64,000 nt of DNA. It comes from a virus (taxonomy: Duplodnaviria > Caudoviricetes). The DNA lies in IMG/VR virus record IMGVR_UViG_3300012952_003943, positions 1-64,000 of that record; one strand, written 5' to 3'. Numbering within the stretch: position 1 is the first letter of the stretch; every line of letters starts with the position of its first letter. Position numbers and translations under genes: made by a program. Below the pieces are notes generated by a model. The model was not told the origin of the DNA. It saw nothing but the letters and a program-made list of their open reading frames with translations, and did no database searches. Below, one piece after another: positions 58,474 through 64,000 of the stretch.

Positions 58474-59460
58474 TTAAAGCTCCTTTAAGTATTTGACGAT
58501 ATGATCTGCAGCGCGGCCATCACCATACGGACAATTTGAACCAACAATAAAGTCATCGCGGACTGAGTTGAATATATCTTTTAGCATTTCTGGTTGAGGA
58601 CACAAAAAGCTAGATGTGCCTATGGACTCTGTCCTCTCTGTTACAGAGCGGCATACTATTACCTTCTTTTTTAGAAAAGAGCATTCCTCTTGAAGGCCGC
58701 CGCTATCAGAAATTACAACCCTACAATTTGCCAGCATATCCAAAAACTCAGAGTGCTGAAGCGGGCTAATAACATTAACACCCTTAAGTAGTGCCCTGTG
58801 CTTTTTCACATTAGGATTAGGGTGGATTGGTAATATGAACTGAAGGTCAGGATTTTCAAGAGCTAGCTGAGATATGCACTTGAACCAGCGATCCATCATA
58901 TGATGATTTTCTCTTCTATGCAAGGTTATTATGACATCATTATTATATGACGTCGTGATGTCAGTTAAGTTATCCAAGACAGTATTTCCGACAACCACTG
59001 TTTTGCCTAACGCTCCCTCATCCTTTAATACTTGCTGATTCTCTTGGGTTGCACATAAATGAATATCTGCAATTCGAGATATGCACTGCCTATACACCTC
59101 TTCTGGGTATGGGTTATCTTTATCCCAGGTTCTTAGCCCTGCCTCGAGATGAATGACCTTAATCCTGCGATGGAAAGAGGCTAGTGCTAGAGAAAATGCA
59201 GATGCCGTATCACCTTGTACTAGGGTATGTGTAACCCCATCAAATACTTCATCTGGCAAGTTAAGTTGAGATGCTACAATGCTGTCAAGGCGGTGGCTTC
59301 CATTCTGGATCGGAACTTTAAAATCGTGCGGAAACTTGCATAAGTCTTCATGTTGGCCGGTAAACAATACTCGGTACTCGATTTCACCCTTAATCTTTTC
59401 AATAACAGGGCTGATCTTGATATACTCTGGACGTGTACCATATGATAGCAATATTTTCAT
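58474..59460 (-). CDS. wecB: UDP-N-acetylglucosamine 2-epimerase (non-hydrolysing)
   Basis: GTRPEYIK, TGQH, VQGDT, HLEAGLRT...PYPEE (non-hydrolysing type), TLHRREN, SDSGGLQEE. Confidence 0.95.
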   Translation of the reverse strand: MKILLSYGTRPEYIKISPVIEKIKGEIEYRVLFTGQHEDLCKFPHDFKVPIQNGSHRLDSIVASQLNLPDEVFDGVTHTLVQGDTASAFSLALASFHRRIKVIHLEAGLRTWDKDNPYPEEVYRQCISRIADIHLCATQENQQVLKDEGALGKTVVVGNTVLDNLTDITTSYNNDVIITLHRRENHHMMDRWFKCISQLALENPDLQFILPIHPNPNVKKHRALLKGVNVISPLQHSEFLDMLANCRVVISDSGGLQEECSFLKKKVIVCRSVTERTESIGTSSFLCPQPEMLKDIFNSVRDDFIVGSNCPYGDGRAADHIVKYLKEL

Positions 59461-60260
59461 TAAATCTCCTCGGTGGTTGCATGCTTATGGTACCACTTTG
59501 GATACGGCAAGTTATTTGCTACCTTAAAACTTTGGGAAAACTCAGGGGCCCAGCTTGGACATAGCTGCCCGTCAGCATGGCGGCGGGGTGGCATATAAAC
59601 AGGGGTGCTGCTTTCAAGGCATAGCTTTAAAATACTTACACCGACTTGGCTATCGATATGCTTTGCAACACGAGTCTTCCAACGCGTATTTTTTCTCAAG
59701 CTAAAATCCCCATTCATGCAAGACATAAGCGCGCAGACTGTAACATCATCAGCTGTCTCAGTAAAGTGCTTCATATCCGAAGCTACATCGTATCGAAAAT
59801 ACTTGACACACATTATATCACCTGAGTCTATTTTTTCATCAAGGCAAAAAATTGAAACGCCCCACTCTCCATTCCCTAGCATTCTACCCCACACTAACGA
59901 TGCCCCACCTTGTACACCGGGCAGAGGTGCACCATGGTTTCCTACCACTTCATACCTTTGAACTATATTAGCAGGAACTATTCTAGAATCGCCTAATGTT
60001 AGTACTAAATCTATGTCTCTATCTTCACATTCCTCTTTGAACAAAGACCACTCATTACTACAATCCAGGAATATGTTATATTTTGAGCATACATGCTCCA
60101 AAGAAACTGCATTAACCTTATTTTCAAAGAGATCTGTGGGCAGGCCAAAGACATACCTAACGTCAAAACCACCTTCTATCAAAGCAACAATAGACTTAAG
60201 CGTAAGCCTTGTGTTCCCGATAACCGCTATTCTCCTATTTCTAAAATCTTTCTTGCCCAT
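59460..60260 (-). CDS. Second formyltransferase-family protein
   Basis: VVGNHGAPLPGVQGGASLVW and SIFCLDEKIDSGDI motifs. Confidence 0.78.
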   Translation of the reverse strand: MGKKDFRNRRIAVIGNTRLTLKSIVALIEGGFDVRYVFGLPTDLFENKVNAVSLEHVCSKYNIFLDCSNEWSLFKEECEDRDIDLVLTLGDSRIVPANIVQRYEVVGNHGAPLPGVQGGASLVWGRMLGNGEWGVSIFCLDEKIDSGDIMCVKYFRYDVASDMKHFTETADDVTVCALMSCMNGDFSLRKNTRWKTRVAKHIDSQVGVSILKLCLESSTPVYMPPRRHADGQLCPSWAPEFSQSFKVANNLPYPKWYHKHATTEEI

Positions 60261-60784
60261 CTTTTCGCAATCTCTTTATATCCCTCATGTGTAAAGTGCA
60301 CTCCATCTATGAGGTGTTCTTCCATATCATCCATTGAACAAATGCCAAACTGTAGCTCTTTTGACAACTTTTTAATAACCTTGTTGTACTGGAAAATGTA
60401 ATCGTGGTTGTGCAAGTAAAAGGGGGAAAACCCTAATGTCGGGAGTGTCGCTACAATGACTGTCATACCAAAAACTTTTGCAGACTGAATTATTTGCCGC
60501 AAGTTATCTTCATATATACCAAGAGGCGTAGGCTTCTTTGTGTCATTAGTACCAATCATGAGGAGCATTATCTTGCAGTCTGAATTCGACTTTATTATCC
60601 CCCAACTTCTACGCAATAAGTCTGAGCTGGTTTCACCGTTAATTCCATAGTTGTGACATATATAAAACTCACCTAACTTTGAAGACAGGATCTTACCTAA
60701 CTCAGCAGGATATGATCTTCCATACTCATCCCTTGCTCCGTAAGTTAATGAGTCACCTAAACATAATACTTGATTCCAAATCAT
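60227..60784 (-). CDS. SGNH/GDSL hydrolase
   Basis: All four blocks present: GDSLTYG, GINGETS, GTND, DGVH. Confidence 0.92.
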   Translation of the reverse strand: MIWNQVLCLGDSLTYGARDEYGRSYPAELGKILSSKLGEFYICHNYGINGETSSDLLRRSWGIIKSNSDCKIMLLMIGTNDTKKPTPLGIYEDNLRQIIQSAKVFGMTVIVATLPTLGFSPFYLHNHDYIFQYNKVIKKLSKELQFGICSMDDMEEHLIDGVHFTHEGYKEIAKRWARKILEIGE

Positions 60785-61591
60785 TTATTTCCACTCCGTT
60801 TGAATGGGAAGCTTTTCTCCCGCTTTGTATGCGTCATGATTGACTATCTTATATCCGTTTGCAACACACTGACGTAAGTACTCTGCCATACGTGGAATTG
60901 CAAAGTTTGCAGTTGCCTGTGCGTCTCCACCGTACTCTGCTGCGGTGTCCGGAAGGCTTCCCCATATTTGCTGATTGTCTTTTGGGTGAGGTGCAACGTA
61001 TGTATTAATTCCTGCATACTTTTGTAACGTATACGTAAAATGAATATCTTCACCGGCGCATTTGAACTTATCTAAATCAGGGGATTCTCTCCAAAAATAG
61101 TTTAAAAGCTCTTTTTCAAAAAACCAAGAATGCCCCACTAGATCAACCTTCACAGGGTAGTCATTTGGTATATCCCATCCGGCCCTTTGATCACAATTAC
61201 CATACACACTATCATCTGCGCCATAACCCTTTTCACTACCGAACAGTACCCCGATTGCTCCGTATAGCGCTCGCTCGTTATCGTTACACTGAATACAGTT
61301 CTCAAACCACTGAGGGCCTGGGATTGTATCATCATCAAAGATACAAACGTACTTTGTTTTTGCCATTAGCGCAGCGGCAAAGCGATACCACACACCAAAG
61401 TTGTGATTGCTGATAACACTAATGCAATTATTTGCCACTCCAATATCAAGCCATGGGTGCGGATCATAACAGTTTTGTATTAACCAGACCTCTTCCGGCT
61501 TGATGCTTTGATTCATAACAGCCTCATACTGCTGCCGAAGTGTGTGGGGCCGACCATATGCCTGCAATATTGCAGTTACTCCATCTTTCAT
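60785..61591 (-). CDS. Glycosyltransferase, GT-A fold (GT2-like)
   Basis: TAILQAYGRP start, YVCIFDDDTIPG DxD motif, GEDIHF. Confidence 0.85.
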   Translation of the reverse strand: MKDGVTAILQAYGRPHTLRQQYEAVMNQSIKPEEVWLIQNCYDPHPWLDIGVANNCISVISNHNFGVWYRFAAALMAKTKYVCIFDDDTIPGPQWFENCIQCNDNERALYGAIGVLFGSEKGYGADDSVYGNCDQRAGWDIPNDYPVKVDLVGHSWFFEKELLNYFWRESPDLDKFKCAGEDIHFTYTLQKYAGINTYVAPHPKDNQQIWGSLPDTAAEYGGDAQATANFAIPRMAEYLRQCVANGYKIVNHDAYKAGEKLPIQTEWK

Positions 61592-62538
61592 TATGTTGTC
61601 TCCATTAAACTTTCAACTGTTTGCTGCAGTGCCTCGTCAAAATTTGTAGGCTCTGATATTCCTATCCTTGAAACTTTTTCATTAGATATCGAATATCTAA
61701 AGTCATGACCTGGCCTATCATCAACAAACGTAATTGCATCAGTAGGATCAACACCCATGATTTTGCATATTTTTGTAATGACCTCCAGGTTTTCCATTTC
61801 ATTACAATGAGTTAAATTGTAAGTTTGATTTTCTTTGCCATTGAGCAACACATCATAGACCATCTTTACACAATCCTTGACATAAAACCAGTCCCTAACA
61901 TTTTTTCCGTCTCCGTATACAGGAATGCCTGTTGAGTTTTGTATGCATCTTACAACGGTAGGGATTAACTTCTCTGTGTGCTGACGAGGCCCGAAGTTAT
62001 TGCTCATGCGCACCATCTTATATGTGGTGCCGTATGTGTTGTGATAGGATGTCACAAAGTGTTCTGCAGCTGCCTTGCTAGCAGAGTAAGGATTTTTAGG
62101 ATTTAAGGAATCAGTTTCACTGAATGAGCCTTTTGTAGTCGAGCCGTATACCTCGTCAGTAGAGATATGCAGTAACTTTGTTCCTGTATTTTTACATGCT
62201 TCGAGAAGTGAAACGACACCTTGGATATTTGACTGAATAAAGGGCTTAGCATTCTTGATCGAATTGTCAACATGCGACTCCGCGGCAAAGTTTATTATCC
62301 ACTCGACACTTCTCATTTCGCATATCTCTGATATAAACTGTGTGTCACATATATCTCTATGCCACAACCTAAAATTTGGAAGATTGTATGCGTGCTTTAT
62401 ATTTGTAGACTTACCAGCATAGGTAAAGCTGTCTATTCCACAAACGTCATGACCATTTTCAATCAGCAAATCCGACATATGGCTTCCGATAAAGCCGGCG
62501 CAGCCTGTAACTAATACATTCATTTTCTCTTTACTCAT
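61591..62538 (-). CDS. rmlB: dTDP-glucose 4,6-dehydratase
   Basis: VTGCAGFIGS, TYAG, NFAAESHVDNSI, HISTDEVYGS, NPYSASKA, NNFGPRQHTEKLIP, DRPGHDFRYSI. Confidence 0.96.
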   Translation of the reverse strand: MSKEKMNVLVTGCAGFIGSHMSDLLIENGHDVCGIDSFTYAGKSTNIKHAYNLPNFRLWHRDICDTQFISEICEMRSVEWIINFAAESHVDNSIKNAKPFIQSNIQGVVSLLEACKNTGTKLLHISTDEVYGSTTKGSFSETDSLNPKNPYSASKAAAEHFVTSYHNTYGTTYKMVRMSNNFGPRQHTEKLIPTVVRCIQNSTGIPVYGDGKNVRDWFYVKDCVKMVYDVLLNGKENQTYNLTHCNEMENLEVITKICKIMGVDPTDAITFVDDRPGHDFRYSISNEKVSRIGISEPTNFDEALQQTVESLMETT

Positions 62539-63346
62539 AATTTTCCAAGCACCACGTTAAAGCATCGCTAGCCGATCTAGGGCTAAAGCCTGTGGATTTA
62601 AGTTTCTCTACTGACAAAACGGCATTCACCCTTTTTTCAGGTATCATGTCTAGCATTTCGTCATATGTAATTTGCACTACATTCATCCTTGGCCGAAGGT
62701 GTTTTTTTACCATTTGTGCGATTTCAAATGGAGACACTACGCCGGCGTTAACACAATTATAAACACCTCTAGCATCAATTTTCAACAAATGTTCTATCAT
62801 TAATGAAAAATCCTCAGTGCACGTTATGGAGTTTGATTCTTTGTGGCAATATAAAGTCTCATGAGAAAGAAACTTTGTTATCATGTTTGTAGAGTGTTCT
62901 TTAGAGCTTATCATTTGCCGCGGCCGCAAAATTAGATAATTTTCATATCCATAAGACTGAATATAGCTATCTGCCCAGTCCTTTGTCTTCGTATACCACA
63001 CTGCAGGTGATGTGTGATCCGACTCAAGTACAGGCGCCTCGCTTCCGTCAAATACACACCCGGTGCTAATATGAACAAGCTTACACCCGTATGCCTGGCA
63101 TGCTCTTAATATGTTGATCGGCCCAACAGTGTTGACAAGGTATGACTCATCGCGGTTTTTACTACACCACTCTAAATTTGTCTTTGCTGCACAGTTAATA
63201 ACCGTACCGGTGAACCCCTTAAGCGTATCCATGACATCTGCTAACACCGTTATATCACATTTCTTGTGTGGGACAACAATGTCCCCCGGCTTTCTTATCG
63301 TCTTTGAAACCTTGCCATCACCAATAATGATCCTACTTTCACTCAT
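62531..63346 (-). CDS. rmlD: dTDP-4-dehydrorhamnose reductase-like
   Basis: VINCAAKTNLEWC, VNTVGP, HISTGCVFDG, YTKTK (YxxxK); degenerate Rossmann start IIIGDGKV. Confidence 0.8.
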   Translation of the reverse strand: MSESRIIIGDGKVSKTIRKPGDIVVPHKKCDITVLADVMDTLKGFTGTVINCAAKTNLEWCSKNRDESYLVNTVGPINILRACQAYGCKLVHISTGCVFDGSEAPVLESDHTSPAVWYTKTKDWADSYIQSYGYENYLILRPRQMISSKEHSTNMITKFLSHETLYCHKESNSITCTEDFSLMIEHLLKIDARGVYNCVNAGVVSPFEIAQMVKKHLRPRMNVVQITYDEMLDMIPEKRVNAVLSVEKLKSTGFSPRSASDALTWCLENYE

Positions 63347-64000
63347 CCGCTTCCATACCGACTAACATATTGGCGGCCCTATATGATTTATGGGTACCTG
63401 CGTCTGTCCACCATCCTGATAGGACATCAAACCCGACTGCACCCTCTTTAACATAAGAGTTATTTAGCTCAGTTATCTCATACTCTCCTCTAGATGAAGG
63501 CTTAAGCTTTTCAATTCTAGAAAATGCCGATCCGTCGTAAATGTATATGCCGGTCACACACATGCTTGATACGTACTCTTTAGGTTTTTCGATGATCTCA
63601 GATATGCTGTCACCATCAATAACAGCAACACCATATCTCTCAGGATCAGATACTTCTTTTAAAAGTAGAAAGCACTTCTTTCCGGAAGCATTATATTTTT
63701 TAACGACACCTGATAAATCATCCTGGAATATATTGTCACCTAAAAGCACCATAAAATTTTCGTTGCCTACAAAGTTACTAGCCAGCCTTAGAGCATCTGC
63801 AATTCCTGCTGCTGACTCCTGAACCTTAAATGTAAATGAACAACCGTACTTTTCACCGCTTCCTAATAAACTGATCATATCACCCATGTGCTCAGTTCCA
63901 GTTATAACTAAAATTTCAGTTATCCCTACGTCTACCAGTTTTGTGACAAGGTGTAATATCATGGGCTTCTTGCCTACCGGCAACAAATGCTTATTAGTGA
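63339..64000 (-). CDS. rmlA: Glucose-1-phosphate thymidylyltransferase, short form, partial (start lies beyond the window)
   Basis: Frame stays open to the window end (..TNKHLLPVGKKPMI); QESAAGIADAL, LLGDNIF, ERYGVA, EKPK, RGEYEIT, WTDAGT. Confidence 0.93.
   Translation of the reverse strand, partial: TNKHLLPVGKKPMILHLVTKLVDVGITEILVITGTEHMGDMISLLGSGEKYGCSFTFKVQESAAGIADALRLASNFVGNENFMVLLGDNIFQDDLSGVVKKYNASGKKCFLLLKEVSDPERYGVAVIDGDSISEIIEKPKEYVSSMCVTGIYIYDGSAFSRIEKLKPSSRGEYEITELNNSYVKEGAVGFDVLSGWWTDAGTHKSYRAANMLVGMEADE

Noticed and set aside
47658-64000. Bacterial O-antigen/capsule locus (window as host chromosome or prophage flank)
   Set aside because: No wzx/wzy/wzz, ABC transporter or initiating transferase; the genes are contiguous, co-oriented and tightly packed with phage sigma and baseplate genes; gene order is non-bacterial.
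47658-64000. DNA hypermodification as the primary role of the glycosyltransferases
   Set aside because: No dCMP/dUMP hydroxymethylase, TET/JBP or DNA-GT signature in the window. Not excluded, because partners could lie elsewhere, but less supported.
1-64000. Nucleocytoviricota (giant eukaryotic virus) origin suggested by the fused Mre11-Rad50 and sugar genes
   Set aside because: Portal, terminase, prohead protease, baseplate, sigma factor and Shine-Dalgarno sites identify a tailed bacteriophage.
1-64000. Stop-codon recoding, inteins, introns, tRNAs, DGR or invertible cassettes
   Set aside because: Genes are full length in code 11 and use all three stops; no Hint/LAGLIDADG inserts, reverse transcriptase or recombinase; intergenic gaps are about 110 nt or less with no cloverleaf seen.

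Overview
The window is a 64-kb segment of a large T4-like (myovirus-type, probably jumbo/huge) bacteriophage genome. It is almost fully coding, and all credible genes lie on the minus strand in standard code 11. In transcription order (right to left) it holds: (i) a ~16-kb nucleotide-sugar and glycosylation island: rmlA/D/B/C, gmd, fcl, wecB, a ugd-like dehydrogenase, an SDR epimerase, a short DegT aminotransferase, two formyltransferases, a sulfotransferase, an SGNH hydrolase, GT2, GT-D/DUF1792-like and two GT4-like glycosyltransferases, with a Cas4-like nuclease inside it; (ii) a gp55-like late sigma factor and a possible small terminase; (iii) a ~35-kb baseplate/tail-fibre module: gp5-like hub, gp25, gp6/J-like and gp7/I-like wedges, LamG proteins and a repeat-containing fibre; (iv) a RuvC-like resolvase, primase and a fused SbcD-SbcC; (v) large terminase, portal and prohead protease. 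The most striking system is a soluble, membrane-independent glycan-building pathway placed next to virion genes. Seven baseplate-region proteins carry about 50 copies of an [S/T]-G-S motif that is absent from the portal, terminase and SbcCD. This suggests (inference) self-sufficient phage virion glycosylation with rhamnose, fucose, formamido and sulfated sugars. A recurring intergenic ATA-N-TTA motif is the candidate late promoter. No tRNA, rRNA, CRISPR array, intein or mobile element was seen. All family calls come from motif recognition by eye; no database search was run.
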